A DNA stretch of 64,000 nt from Octopus sinensis (lineage: Eukaryota). The translations under genes were made by a program, and so were the position numbers. Location of the stretch: positions 4,216,001-4,280,000 of the forward strand of contig NC_043024.1 in assembly GCF_006345805.1 (NCBI RefSeq), written 5' to 3'. Position 1 is the stretch's first letter; every line of letters begins with the position of its first letter. Of this stretch, positions 10,378 to 23,850 are shown piece by piece. The notes beneath the pieces are model-generated. The model saw only the letters and a program-made list of their open reading frames with translations, searched no databases and was not told the DNA's origin.

Positions 10378-10656
10378 TACATATATATATATATAGATAT
10401 ATATATATATGAGGGGTTGCTAAAAAGTTCCTGGCTCTGGGTAAAAGAAAATACAAGATAGGTTAATTACGATTTTATTGTACATATTCCTCTCTCAGAT
10501 TCAAACACAATTATTGCAGTGGTCCTTCAGTTTTTCTAAGCCCTGTAAAAGAACTTCTAAAGTTGGGCCTTTGGTGATACCCTTGAAGCCAGGAACTATT
10601 CAGCATACGCTTATGTGTAAACTTAGTTGACATTTACAAGAGAAGGATTTCTCAGG

Positions 10657-12288
10657 TCACTCATTATTCAAAGTCTTCTCTACACTGTGTTTGTGTCTAG
10701 TCAATGTAATTTTCCACAAAAATGATTTTCCACAGATGTCACAATGATAAGGCTTTTCCCCAGTATGTTTTCGTCTGTGTGTATTCAAGAGTCCTCTAGA
10801 GACAAAGGATTTCTCACACATTTCACAATGATAAGGCTTTTCTCCGGTGTGAGTACGGATGTGAGCAATAAGGTTACAATTATCAAAGAAAGATTTCCCA
10901 CAGATTTCACAGTGAAATGTTTTTTCTCCAACATGTTTCCTCCGATGCCTTTTCAATTCACTGTTATCAAAATAAGATTTACCACATGTGTCACAATGGA
11001 ATTCTTTTTCCCCGATGTGTTGGAGTTTGTGTCTTTTTAAATTACTTCCAGAGATGTAAGATTTCCCACACAGATCACAAGAAAAAGGTTTTTCACCTGT
11101 GTGGACCCTTTTGTGGGCAACAAGTCCAACATTTCTCACAAAACCTTTCCCACAAATTTCACAGTGGAATTGTTTTTCTCCATCATGGACTATTTTGTGC
11201 GTTTTTAAATCACCATTATTAAAATAAGATTTCCCACAAGTTTCACAATGGAATTCTTTTTTACCAATATGTCGGAGTTTATGTTTTTTTAAATTAGAAC
11301 TACCGGAGTAAGATTTCCCACACAGATCACAAGAAAAAGGTTTTTCACCTGTGTGGACCCTTTTGTGGGTAACAAGTCCACCATTATTCAAAAAACATTT
11401 CCCACAAATTTCACAGTGGAATGGTTTTTCTCCAGTGTGAGTACGGATATGGTTAACAAGTTGAGAGTTCTGAGAATAAGACTTTCCACAAATTTCACAG
11501 TGGAATGGTTTTTCTCCAGTGTGAGTACGGATATGGCTAACAAGTTGATAGTTCTGAGAATAAGACTTTCCACAAATTTCACAGTGGAATGGTTTTTCTC
11601 CAGTGTGAGTACGGATATGGTTAACAAGTTGAGAGTTCTGAGAATAAGACTTTCCACAAATTTCACAGTGGAATGGTTTTTCTCCAGTGTGAGTACGGAT
11701 ATGGTAAACAAGTCGATAGTTCTGAGAATAAGACTTTCCACAGATTTCACATTTAAATTCCTTTTTCCCAGAATGAATCTTTTTGTGCCCTTTTAGATGA
11801 CTGTTTGTGAAGAAATATTTTCCACATATTTCGCAATGGAATGGCCTTTCTCCAGTGTGAGTGCGGATATGGTAAATGAGTAGACAGTTCTGAATATAAG
11901 ACTTTCCACATATTTTACAGTGGAAATTTTTTTTTCTAGAGTGTAATTTTTTGTGAGCATTTAAAGAACTTTTAACAATGAATGTTTTTCCACATATATC
12001 GCAGTGAAAGGGTTTCTCCCCCGTGTGGCTACGTCTGTGGATAGCAAGCTGATATTTATAATGCAACAATTTTCCACAAATCTCACATTGAAATGGTTTT
12101 TTCCCCGTGTGTCTGTTTAAATTACTGGAATTTACAAAAGATTCACCATCAACTTCGCAATTAATATTTCTCTCCAACAGCTTCTTACCATGTGATAACG
12201 ATTCCTCAGCACTGGATATCTGTTTAACCGATTCTAAATTGTCAGAAATATCTGTGTTAGAAGTGTCTGACAGATTACCATCCTCCAT
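10657..12288 (-). CDS. C2H2 zinc-finger protein ZNF2 (543 aa; 16 intact fingers plus degenerate first and last fingers); tandem paralogue of ZNF1
   Basis: Open frame; identical N-terminus to ZNF1; ATG at 12288. Confidence 0.9.
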   Translation of the reverse strand: MEDGNLSDTSNTDISDNLESVKQISSAEESLSHGKKLLERNINCEVDGESFVNSSNLNRHTGKKPFQCEICGKLLHYKYQLAIHRRSHTGEKPFHCDICGKTFIVKSSLNAHKKLHSRKKNFHCKICGKSYIQNCLLIYHIRTHTGERPFHCEICGKYFFTNSHLKGHKKIHSGKKEFKCEICGKSYSQNYRLVYHIRTHTGEKPFHCEICGKSYSQNSQLVNHIRTHTGEKPFHCEICGKSYSQNYQLVSHIRTHTGEKPFHCEICGKSYSQNSQLVNHIRTHTGEKPFHCEICGKCFLNNGGLVTHKRVHTGEKPFSCDLCGKSYSGSSNLKKHKLRHIGKKEFHCETCGKSYFNNGDLKTHKIVHDGEKQFHCEICGKGFVRNVGLVAHKRVHTGEKPFSCDLCGKSYISGSNLKRHKLQHIGEKEFHCDTCGKSYFDNSELKRHRRKHVGEKTFHCEICGKSFFDNCNLIAHIRTHTGEKPYHCEMCEKSFVSRGLLNTHRRKHTGEKPYHCDICGKSFLWKITLTRHKHSVEKTLNNE

Positions 12289-12934
12289 ATTAACTCCAGA
12301 GAAATTCTTAAAAAACAATGTTTGTGGTTATAATCTGTTGTGGTTTCGTTTCTTACGATATCCAAATCATGGGACTTTGTTTACACATGCAGGAAACATA
12401 CAAAGTAAATATTTTTTCTTTATATAATCCTTAGAATGGTTGTTGCTCATTGGGAAGGATATCTTCAAGTGCTACAGATATTGTAGATAAAAAGATTTCT
12501 ATGTCTATATTAAGAATTGGGGATAGAGTTAATAAAAATCCATAAAAGACCGGTCGCAGGTATTCTGGTGGAATCAGAATTTCTGTGGATGACAGGTTGT
12601 GATGGAACACTCAGCACAACTGTAAAAGAAGAAAATATAGAATTATATAAGATACGAGCAAAACGCCCCCTCCCCCCGTCCAATGGACGGTGCTGAGTTG
12701 TCAAACATTTAAACCAAATTTTCTCAAAACAACTTGTCTGACCATCCCATAGGCCTCCCCTTTGAGAAAAACTGATTTGACCTAAATTTGAGACACCAGC
12801 AGAAGAAGAAATAAAGATAGACATTTTTTCTATTCCAAAGAAAAGCGATTTTATTCACACAAATATGCAACCGAAGAGTTTAAAGTACCAGAAATGATAA
12901 GGCTGTTGACTGGGAGAACACAAACATGGTTTAA

Positions 12935-13155
12935 CCCTTTTGTTACCAACCCGGCTGAAACCACCTCTAGCTCTGAGTACAAATGTCTTGTTTTCATAAG
13001 TTTTGAATTAAAATCTTCCACCAAACCTTAGTCACAATTTATGTTCCTAACACTAGCTGAATGATAACTAAGTTATTTTACTAAATTCTTTGTTATATTT
13101 AGAATAAATTGAAAGAAACACAGAGCAACTCAAAATAAATACATTAACAAAAGGG
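12935..13155. mobile_element. piggyBac-type MITE, copy 3
   Basis: TTAA|CCCTTTTGTTACC...TTAACAAAAGGG|TCAA; same internal sequence as 5357-5578. Confidence 0.85.
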
Positions 13156-13366
13156 TCAAACAGTAAGCTTGGCAGGAAAGAAACGTGCCTTTAAGCCGTA
13201 CAAGAACAACAACAAATGGAAGGTGCGCCAACGTTGAAATTGTTTTATTAGGTTTGATCGTAGAGAAAAAATGCTATCAATACCAATATCCTCATCAATA
13301 TACTTCATATAATAACAATATTGATAACCGATCCTTTCTCCACACCCACCTACACTTTTGAACTTC

Positions 13367-13746
13367 CTTTTTACTCTTTTACTTGTTTCAGTCATTTGAC
13401 TGCAGCCATGCCGGAGCACCGCCTTTAGTCGAGCAAATCGACCCTGGGACTTATTCTTTGTAAGCCCAGTACTTATTCTATCGGTCTCTTTTGCCGAACC
13501 GCTAAGTTAACGGGGACGTAAACACACCAGCATCGGTTGTCAAGCAATGCTAGGGGGACAAACACAGACACACATACATATATATGACAGGCTTCTTTCA
13601 GTTTCCGTCTACCAAATCCACTCACAAGGTTTTGGTCGGCCCGAGGCTATAGTAGAAGACACTTGCCCAAGATGCCACGCAGTGGGACTGAACCCGGAAC
13701 CATGTGGTTGGTTAGCAAGCTACTTATCACACAGCCACTCCTGCAC
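13367..13746 (-). mobile_element. SINE S1, full length
   Basis: Complete head, body and tail match. Confidence 0.9.
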
Positions 13747-14214
13747 CTTCGTTTACAATTCTGTCGTAAGGAAACGAAAAATACGTTTAATATTGATCTT
13801 ATGGGCACAGTAAATGCTTTAAGGATTCAAAACGGTAGAGGAATAGGGGCCGAAAGCGGACGTGGTTCCTCCTGATGATGTCTTGAGATAACTGGATCCT
13901 ATAAAGGAGCTGTTGTGGTAGCAGACCACGAAACACGGTTGTAATTCCCCATCTGTAGAGATCGACTTTAATTTAAATGTTATTAATACACTGATCAAGT
14001 TGAAAGCACTTGGGCCTTCCTTCAGTGTAGTCCTTTCGTATTTTTATGGTGTAGTTGAAAGGAAGATTAGTCAGTTATATCTAGCAGGTCGGGAGACCAC
14101 GTAAAGTGCTTGTACATGTTGTCCCCGTGGGGACACAGTCATGACTACCCGTATGCCGAATAATATGTTGCCTATTGGGTAAAAGTAAGCTTGTAACTTT
14201 TCTATTGTTTATTT

Positions 14215-14433
14215 CAGTGGTTTTCAACCAGGGTTCCTCGGAACCTTAGGGTTCCGCCAGCACAGTCCAGGGATTCCGCAAGAAGTTACAAAATTGCTAA
14301 AATCGGCAGTAATTTTTAATTCGCCTGTGCAGATATGTGTGCATAAGACTATTAAATTATTGCACAGCGGTTCCTCGAGCCAGTGGAATGTTTCCTTGGG
14401 GTTCCGCTCCAGCAAAAAGTTTGAAAAGCACTG
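14215..14433. mobile_element. hAT-superfamily MITE
   Basis: CAGTGGTTTTCAA...TTGAAAAGCACTG ends with a perfect 8-bp TSD GTTTATTT (14207-14214, 14434-14441). Confidence 0.9.
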
Positions 14434-14699
14434 GTTTATTTCCCAGAAAAACAACCTGTAAATAAAAAAATTGAAGGCGCTTTTCGTCCTCAGCCTGCGA
14501 ACTACATATTTTGAGAGTATTCTAGTGAAAATGTTTACAATTTCAGGTGATTAGAAAAAAAGGCGAAGTTTCGTTTGTAAAGATCGCCAAATAAAATATT
14601 TAATCATCCAGGTGATGAAAGCCCGACTTCGATAACTCATATCGGTCGTATTTAATTATCAATAAAGGTAAACGTTCACCCCAACAGGAGTTAATTACT

Positions 14700-14960
14700 A
14701 CACGTGGTATAATTAAATTACCTGAAATATATTCTAAGTTGGATGTGTTGGTGATAGTCTTTCTTTCTTTCGCCTCAGTGATTACAACTGGTAATATTAA
14801 TTAAATGTCCCTAGCTGGTATTAAATACAGCCACAAAGACATTTCAGGTCGTTGGTAAATTGAAAGCACGCGGCTTAACGAAGTAATTATAGAAGGAACG
14901 GTGCGATTTAAATTGAGAAGAGCAATACAAAAGTTAACTTGGCTTACGTGAAACGAATAA
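14700..14960 (-). promoter_or_regulatory. Diverged second copy of the ZNF exon-1/promoter block inside the ZNF2 intron
   Basis: Shares AATACAAAAGT..AC.TGGCTT, AAATGTCCCT and TCGC.TCA.TGATT motifs in the same order as 8680-8920; ends in a donor CAG|GTAATT at 14721. Confidence 0.45.
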
Positions 14961-15063
14961 GTAATGTATATATACATATGTATGTATATATATATATATA
15001 TACATGTATATATATATATACATGTATATATATATATATATACATGCATATATATATATATTA

Positions 15064-15100
<37 letters not shown>

Positions 15101-15103
<3 letters not shown>

Positions 15104-15384
15104 TAAGCAATAAGGGTTTAGCAACGAATTGCCTTACCACATACCGAATTTAGAAATAGCAGTCAAAGGGTTATAGCTATTTCTTCTACTAAAAAGGGAT
15201 TTTTAGTAGAAGAAATAGCTATAACCCTTGACTGCTATTTCTAAATTCGGTATGTGGTAAGGCAATTCGTTGCTAAACCCTTATTGCTTAGTATTACTTA
15301 AATTTTCCTCGAATGAGGCTTTTACATGCCGAAGACTACTTGGTGTAATTGATAATTTTTCCAAATTAATTAATTTCACCCTTC
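15101..15384. mobile_element. PLE-type terminus, family B, with a ~94-bp fold-back hairpin
   Basis: 15101-15195 is the reverse complement of 15200-15293 (one indel, 4-nt loop); right part identical in sequence type to 61975-62177; ends TTACGGATA into (TA)n. Confidence 0.8.
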
Positions 15385-15421
15385 ATTATTACGGATATAT
15401 ATATATATTATATATATATTA

Positions 15422-15478
<57 letters not shown>

Positions 15479-15535
15479 TATATATATATATATATATAAT
15501 ATATATATATATATAATATATATATATATATACAT

Positions 15536-15882
15536 AGGCGCAGGAGTAGCTGTGTGGTAAGTAGCTTGCTAACCAACCACACGGTTGCGGGTTCAGTCCC
15601 ACTCCGTGGCATCTTGGGCAGGTGTTTTCTGCTATAGCCCCGGGCCGACCAATGCCTTGTGAGTGGATTTGGTAGACGGAAACTGAAAGAAGCCTGTCGT
15701 ATATATGTATCTATATGTATATGTCTGTGTTTGTCCCCCTAGCATTGCTTGACAACCGATGCTGGTGTGTTTAGGTCCCCGTCACTTAGCGGTTCGGCAA
15801 AAAGAGACCGATAGAATAAGTACTAAAAGGTGGTGCTCCAGCATGGCTGCAGTGAAATGACTGAAACAAGTAAAAGAGAGAG
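15536..15882 (+). mobile_element. SINE S1 with an internal deletion in the tail
   Basis: Head, body and tail match. Confidence 0.9.
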
Positions 15883-15888
15883 AGTATG

Positions 15889-15921
<33 letters not shown>

Positions 15922-15925
15922 ATAT

Positions 15926-15981
<56 letters not shown>

Positions 15982-16089
15982 TATATACACATATATATAT
16001 ACATATATATATATATACATATATACACATATATATATATATATATATAACATACACATATATATATATACACATATATATACATATAC

Positions 16090-16120
<31 letters not shown>

Positions 16121-16238
16121 CATACACCTATATATATATACAACATATATATATATATATATACACATATATATATACAATATATATATATACACACATG
16201 TATATATACACACACATATATATATACGCACACATATA

Positions 16239-16297
<59 letters not shown>

Positions 16298-16347
16298 ATA
16301 TATATATATACACACACAGATATATATATATACGCACACACACACAC

Positions 16348-16385
<38 letters not shown>
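15883..16385. repeat. Compound (TA)n/(TACA)n microsatellite
   Basis: Direct reading. Confidence 0.95.
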
Positions 16386-16389
<4 letters not shown>

Positions 16390-16869
16390 GGCAGCAATTG
16401 TCAATAAAGCGTTTATTTAAAAAAATGTCTTTCTGCACTGAAGGGTATCAAATGACCCCTGAAAAGCCAAACTCCTATTCTACACCCATCCAAATGAGAA
16501 AACAAAAGCCATAACCTGGTCATTACGAAGCCAACCAAAAGAAAAAGAAAAGCTAAATTCCTGAAGTTTGGCTTTTAAAGACAAGACAAATGCGACATCA
16601 GTCTGATATAATTAATCTACCCGAAACTTACCCCAGGGTGGCCGTGTCGTTGATAAATTTTTCTCTCGCTTCAATGATTTCTGGTCGCACGAGTTAAATG
16701 TCCCTAAACATCATTTAGCACTACGAGAAAGGCAATCAATGGTATCGATCCCTTTTCTCCCTTAATATCTCGGCCGATCGGAAATCATAGAAACGTAAAC
16801 AAACTAAACAATTATTGCGGGAAAAAGTGACATTAAACGGTGTCGATTTGCAATTAGGAACAGCAAAAA
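16384..16869 (-). promoter_or_regulatory. Predicted exon-1/promoter block of ZNF2, cut by the assembly gap
   Basis: Near-identical to 8399-8886, including the donor at 16631. Confidence 0.6.
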
Positions 16870-16969
16870 NNNNNNNNNNNNNNNNNNNNNNNNNNNNNNN
16901 NNNNNNNNNNNNNNNNNNNNNNNNNNNNNNNNNNNNNNNNNNNNNNNNNNNNNNNNNNNNNNNNNNNNN
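16870..16969. other. Assembly gap (100 N)
   Basis: Run of N; adjacency of the two sides is not guaranteed. Confidence 1.
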
Positions 16970-17256
16970 ATGCGTGCACTTCATCAGCCCTGCTCCCTTT
17001 AGGAATGATAGGAAGGATTTGCACACTTCTTTCTGAGTCTTTTCTTCTTCTTCCCACCTCATTCCTAACCTTATCCTCTTTTCTTTCTCCCAGTTTTTCT
17101 CTAATAGCTGAAAGTGTTATTGACAGGCAAAGTAACGTAATGACATGCAGAATTATTATAAGATCACCTTTCTCTACTTCTTCTTCACTCCTCCATCCCT
17201 CTCATGCCTACTCATAACAAAAGTATACAAGTTGGAGAGAGAGCAGCTGGTTATAC

Positions 17257-17289
<33 letters not shown>

Positions 17290-17310
17290 ATATATATGTA
17301 TATCGTTATG

Positions 17311-17993
17311 TAGGTCCCGGGTTGATTCGGGGTTAACCACAGTAAATAAGGTACTCAATACATAGCAGAGTAAAATTAATTTATTATATAGAAGGAGCTT
17401 CTACAGGACTAGAACTGTTTCATTCAAGAGAAATCTTCAGGAAGCTAGTTAACAAGAATTGTATTGGCATTTATACATTTAGGCAGGTTTAAAGGGGTGT
17501 TGGTGGGGGACTTTTTGGGGGTAGGCATAGCGCAAAATATCATACTTGGGGGAGTGGTCAAGGAGTCAGTGTTAAATTAGATAGAAGGATAAAAAAATAA
17601 ATAAAATAAAAAAATAAAAAAATAAAAAATATATATATATATAAAAAAAGGGGAAAAGAGTTTTAGGTAAATAAGGAGATTCTCACTTATACCTATGCAC
17701 ATATGTATACATATATACACACACATACGAACATATATACATATACATACACACATACATACACACATATATATATATATACATATATATACATTTACAC
17801 ATACATATACATATCTACACATACACATATATGTATACATATACACACAGAAAAATTTATATACACATACACACACATACTCACATACACACATATCCAC
17901 ACACACACATGCACACACAGCACATTAGTCCCTATATACACATATATACACACACATATATACACATACACACACATACATACATATACATAC

Positions 17994-18050
<57 letters not shown>

Positions 18051-18466
18051 TATACATATGTGTACCTATGCATACCTACACATACACACATATATATACA
18101 CATACAAATACAGACCCATTCCCTAATTTTAATTTTATTATCTTCGTTTATTACTTTTGTTATCTTTGGCCGCTTGGTCACAAACATCTTGGCTATGACA
18201 GCCAATCCATTTATCTGTCTACTGGAAAACAAGCACTCATTCACTCACGCACACTCTTTAGCACGTCCACTCACTCATTCGTACACTCATACAAATACAC
18301 GCACGCACGCGTTATATTCATACATACATACATCTACATACATTCACGTATATACACATACATACGCGTACCTACAGATTCATGTCTACACTCTTAGAAG
18401 GCTAGTCTATACATATACACCAATAAATATAAATACACACACATACATATACACCTACATACAAAT

Positions 18467-18510
<44 letters not shown>

Positions 18511-18737
18511 TCACATATACATACACATATATACACACACATATATACATATATATACACACATACACACATATACATATATATACACACATACACATAC
18601 ATACATATACACACATACATACATACACATACATACGTATACATACATACATACCTCCATACATCCATACATACATACATTTATACACATACACACACCC
18701 ACATACATACATATATATACGCGCATATATATACATA

Positions 18738-18771
<34 letters not shown>

Positions 18772-19137
18772 CACACACATACATATACATACATACATAT
18801 ACAAATATACGCACACACATACATACATACTCATATACACATACACGCACATACACATGTACATGCGTACCCATACACACACACACGCGCGCGCATCCAT
18901 ATATACACTTAAGTACACACATGCGTAAAAGTATACATATATCTATGCTTACCCGTACACACACACACACGCGCCTCCTTATATTCATACTTACATGCAT
19001 ACTCAAAAAATAAGTAAATAGTAAAATATATATACGCGCAGTTATTCATACATGCATACTCAAAAAATAAATAATAAATATTAAGTATATGTACGTGCAG
19101 TTACCTATTATATAGACGGATACATACATATAAACTT

Positions 19138-19170
<33 letters not shown>

Positions 19171-19481
19171 ATTATATATATATATATATACATATACATA
19201 CATACATACACATATATATACATATACATATATACACACACATATATATACACACACACACATACACATATATATATATATACATACTTACACACATGTA
19301 CAAATAAATACACACATAGATAACTCTACGTACCTACATATACATAAACACACGAGCGTACGCGTATATGTACATATACACATACACATACACACACATA
19401 TATATACATACATACATACACATACACACATATATACACACACACACACATACACATATATATATATATACATATATACAC

Positions 19482-19526
<45 letters not shown>

Positions 19527-19692
19527 GATATATATATATACATATATACATACACATACACACACATATGCATGTGTGCAAACATACATACATCTCATAC
19601 AAGCACACACACTTACATTTTACATATATAACACACTTACACACATATACATACACATATACATACATACATACATACAAATATGCATACAT

Positions 19693-19735
<43 letters not shown>

Positions 19736-19821
19736 CATACACATACACATACCCATACATATAATATACACACATATATATATACACATGCACATACTAA
19801 TATCTCTACATACTCGCATAC

Positions 19822-19852
<31 letters not shown>

Positions 19853-20328
19853 TATACATATACACACACATACATATACCTATATACATGTATATTACAC
19901 ACACAATATATATACACATCTACAATTTGTATCTACACTCACATACCTGCACATACACATAATCTACATACCTACATATACATCGACATACTCGCGTACA
20001 CTCATATATAAACATATATACATAACACACACAACACACATATACATATACATATATATATATATATACATAAACATATACATTATAATACACATACACA
20101 CACATACATATATATATATATAATACACACACACACACACACATACATATATAATATATACATATATATACATATACAATACATACACATACATACATAC
20201 ATATATATTACATAAATACACACACATATACATACACACACATACATAAATCAACAAAGTTAATTAGTTATTAATCAATTTCACCAAGTATTCAGTATGT
20301 AAAAGGACCATTATTTTTTTGAGTAAAC
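17311..20328 (-). repeat. Left arm of a ~3-kb inverted repeat, ending in a complete family A terminus
   Basis: Unique islands (17379-17600, 17660-17700, 18110-18240, 18380-18420, 19000-19145, 20249-20328) are reverse complements of islands in 21935-25648. Confidence 0.9.
17396..17446 (-). ncRNA. Type I hammerhead ribozyme motif, family A
   Basis: AGCUUC-CUGAAGA-U-UUC-UCUU-GAA-U-GAA-ACAG-UUCUAGUC-CUGU-A-GAAGCU. Confidence 0.75.
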
Positions 20329-21490
20329 GTGACCTAGTGGGCCTTTTCATCCTCCATAGGCTGAAAACCCTATTCACAGGCCTCTCCGGTTGTCTTTACC
20401 GCGATGACGGCCTTTTCGCCCTCCACAAAATAAACCCCAGGACCACGGATGGGTTCCAGAAAAATCTTTACACCTTCTTTAAAAATTTAGGCCTTAGGAT
20501 TACCTTAGAATCCAACTTAACAAAAGCTAACTTCCTTGATGTCACCCTCGACCTAAAAACCTCACTTTATTACCCGTACCACAAACCGAATGAATCCCTT
20601 AGATATATAGATATTAATTCCAACCACCCCAAAAATATATTAGATAACCTAGTAAAAAGTGTCTCAATTAGAATTTCTAGCCTGTCCGCCACAGAAGATA
20701 TCTTTAAGGCCGCAGCCCCTATTACAACGAGGCCCTGGCCCGCAGTGGCTTTAAAGATAAGATTACCTATACTAGTATAGCCCCACGCCAACCCAGGAAA
20801 ATAGACGAAGACACATTAGCTGGTACAACCCCCCCTTCAACCGTGAGGTCGCTACACCTGTAGCTAAAATCTTCTTCACTCTCCTACAGAAACACTTCCC
20901 CACCCAACATAAGTACTACACTATCCTAAATAAGAACACTATTAGACTCTCCTACTCTACCACGCCCAATCTAGCCAGGAACCTAGCCAACAACAATGTG
21001 AAAAAACTTAACATATCTACTTTTTCCGAGGCCCATCCAACGCCGATAGCAATTGCAACTGCCCTGATTAAAAACCTGCCCCCTCAACAACAACTGCCTA
21101 CAGAGGGACCTAGTATATACATGCGAGGTAAGATCAGGCCCTGACGATAAAAGAAAATCCTACATCGGAATGACGTCAAATAGCTTTAAGACCCGTTGGT
21201 ACGCACACACACACTCGTTCCGGCGACAGATAAATCCAACCAAACTACCCTCCCGCCCACATCTGGTACCTTAAAAGGAACTCCATCCCCTTCAAGACCA
21301 AGTGGAAACTACTACAGAAGGCGCGCTCGTACACAGGAGGCCATACCTGCTGTGACCTCTGCATATCGGAGAGCCTAGAGATCGTTCGCCAAAGGCCCTC
21401 TCCTTAACAAAATCTCAGAACACTCCCCAAATTGTATGCATAAGAAGTATGCGAACTACAAGAACTATAGACCTACCCGGCAACCAGATT
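20329..21490 (+). pseudogene. 5'-truncated Penelope-like element: RT C-terminal half, Cys-rich linker and GIY-YIG endonuclease, frameshifted
   Basis: DLVGLFIL, CLYRDDGL, NFLDVTLDL, YHKPNE, ISWYNPPF, CNC..CPL..CL, LVYTC...SYIGMT, CDLCISE motifs. Confidence 0.9.
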
Positions 21491-21691
21491 GATGACACCC
21501 CACCCACAAAACCCCCCCAATCCCACCGTTCCCCTAGCACCCCCCATTACCTTTTCTCCTAAGACCTTACACATATTGTATGTGCACGCTTGTATATGTG
21601 TATCGTATATATGTATAGAAATGTATGGGTATAGTAGGAATATACGCATGTATTATGTGTGTGTGTGTGTGTGTATGTATGTAGTATGTGC

Positions 21692-21722
<31 letters not shown>

Positions 21723-21934
21723 TATATGTGGGTATGTATATATGTATATATGTGTGTATGCATATGTATGTGTATATGTATGTGTGTATGTATGTGTATG
21801 TATGTAATAAATATTATATAATTAGGGCTTAGTAAAATAAATTACTTTGCCACATACTGAACTTTCTAGAAATAGCAGCCAAAAAAGTTTTTTAGCCTCT
21901 TCCACTACTTAGAGAATATTTTCCCTCAGACATT

Positions 21935-22106
21935 GTTTACTCAAAAAAATAATGGTCCTTTTACATACTGAATACTTGGTGAAATTGATTAATAACTAAT
22001 TAACTTTGTTGATTTATGTATGTGTGTGTATGTATATGTGTGTGTATATATATATGTACATGTATGTATATGTGTATGTATGTATGTATGTATATGTATA
22101 TATATG

Positions 22107-22183
<77 letters not shown>

Positions 22184-22433
22184 ATATGTGTATTATATAT
22201 GTATATGTTTATGTATATATATATATATGTATATGTATATGTGTGTGTGTGTGTGTATATGTATATATGTGTATATATATGAGTGTACGCGAGTATGTCG
22301 ATGTATATGTAGGTATGTAGAGTTATGTGTATGTGCAGGTATGTGAGTGTAGATACAAATTGTAGAAGTGTATATATATTGTGTGTGTATATATACATGT
22401 ATATAGGTATATGTATGTGTGTGTATATGTATA

Positions 22434-22470
<37 letters not shown>

Positions 22471-22747
22471 GCGAGTATGTAGAGATATTAGTATGTGCAT
22501 GTGTATATATATATGTGTGTATATATATATATATGTATAGGTATGTGTATGTGTATGTATGTATGTATATATATATATATGTGTGTGTGTGTATGTATGC
22601 ATATTTGTATGTATGTATGTATGTATATGTGTATGTATATATGTGTGTAAGTGTGTGTATATATGTAAATGTAAGTGTGTGTGCTTGTATGAGAATGTAT
22701 GTATGTTTGCACACATGCATATGTGTGTGTATGTGTATGTATATATG

Positions 22748-22786
<39 letters not shown>

Positions 22787-23102
22787 CTATATATATATGT
22801 ATATATATGTATGTGTGTATATATGTATATATATATATATATATGTGTGTATGTGTGTGTGTGTGTGTATATATGTGTGTATGTGTATGTATGTATGTAT
22901 ATATATGTGTGTGTATGTGTATGTGTATATGTACATATACGCGTACGCTTGTGTGTTTATGTATATGTAGGTACGTAGAGTTATCTATGTGTGTATTTAT
23001 TGTACATGTGTGTAAGTATGTATATATATATATGTGTATGTGTGTGTGTGTATATATATGTGTGTGTATATATGTATATGTATATATATGTGTATATATG
23101 TA

Positions 23103-23157
<55 letters not shown>

Positions 23158-23545
23158 ATATATGGTGTGTGTAAGTTTATATGTATGTATCCGTCTATAT
23201 AATAGGTACTGCACGTACATATACTTAATATTTATTATTTATTTTTTGAGTATGCATGTATGAATAACTGCGCGTATATATATTTTACTATTTACTTATT
23301 TTTTGAGTATGCATGTAAGTATGAATATAAGGAGGCGCGTGTGTGTGTGTGTGTACGGGTAAGCATAGATATATGTATACTTTTACGCATGTGTGTACTT
23401 ATGTGTATATATGGATGCGCGCGTGTGTGTGTGTGTGTGTATGGGTACGCATGTACATGTGTATGTGCGTGTATGTGTATATGAGTATGTACGTATGTGT
23501 GTGCGTATATTTGTATATGTATGTATATATATGTATATGTGATAT

Positions 23546-23630
<85 letters not shown>

Positions 23631-23795
23631 GCGCGTATATATATATGTATGTGGGTGTGTGTATGTGTATAAATGTATGTATGTATGGATGTATGGAGGT
23701 ATGTATGTGTATGTGTGTATATATATGTATATGTGTGTATGTGTGTATATATATGTATATATATGTATATATATATATATAATATATATATATAT

Positions 23796-23850
<55 letters not shown>

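Larger units (their letters stand above)
12620..16631 (-). other. Predicted 5'-UTR intron of ZNF2
   Basis: Acceptor ATATTTTCTTCTTTTACAG at 12620; donor TGGG|GTAAGT at 16631; possible alternative donor CAG|GTAATT at 14721. Confidence 0.55.

Noticed and set aside
5846-11796. Plus-strand ORFs antisense to ZNF1/ZNF2, and alternative-frame ORFs in ZNF3
   Set aside because: Expected shadow frames of 84-bp periodic coding sequence; no independent motifs.
15308-15340. CGAAUGA-GGC-N8-GCC-GAAGAC in family B as a second hammerhead
   Set aside because: Core deviates at several invariant positions, with no convincing stems I and III; the homologous segment at 21955-21985 does not keep the motif.
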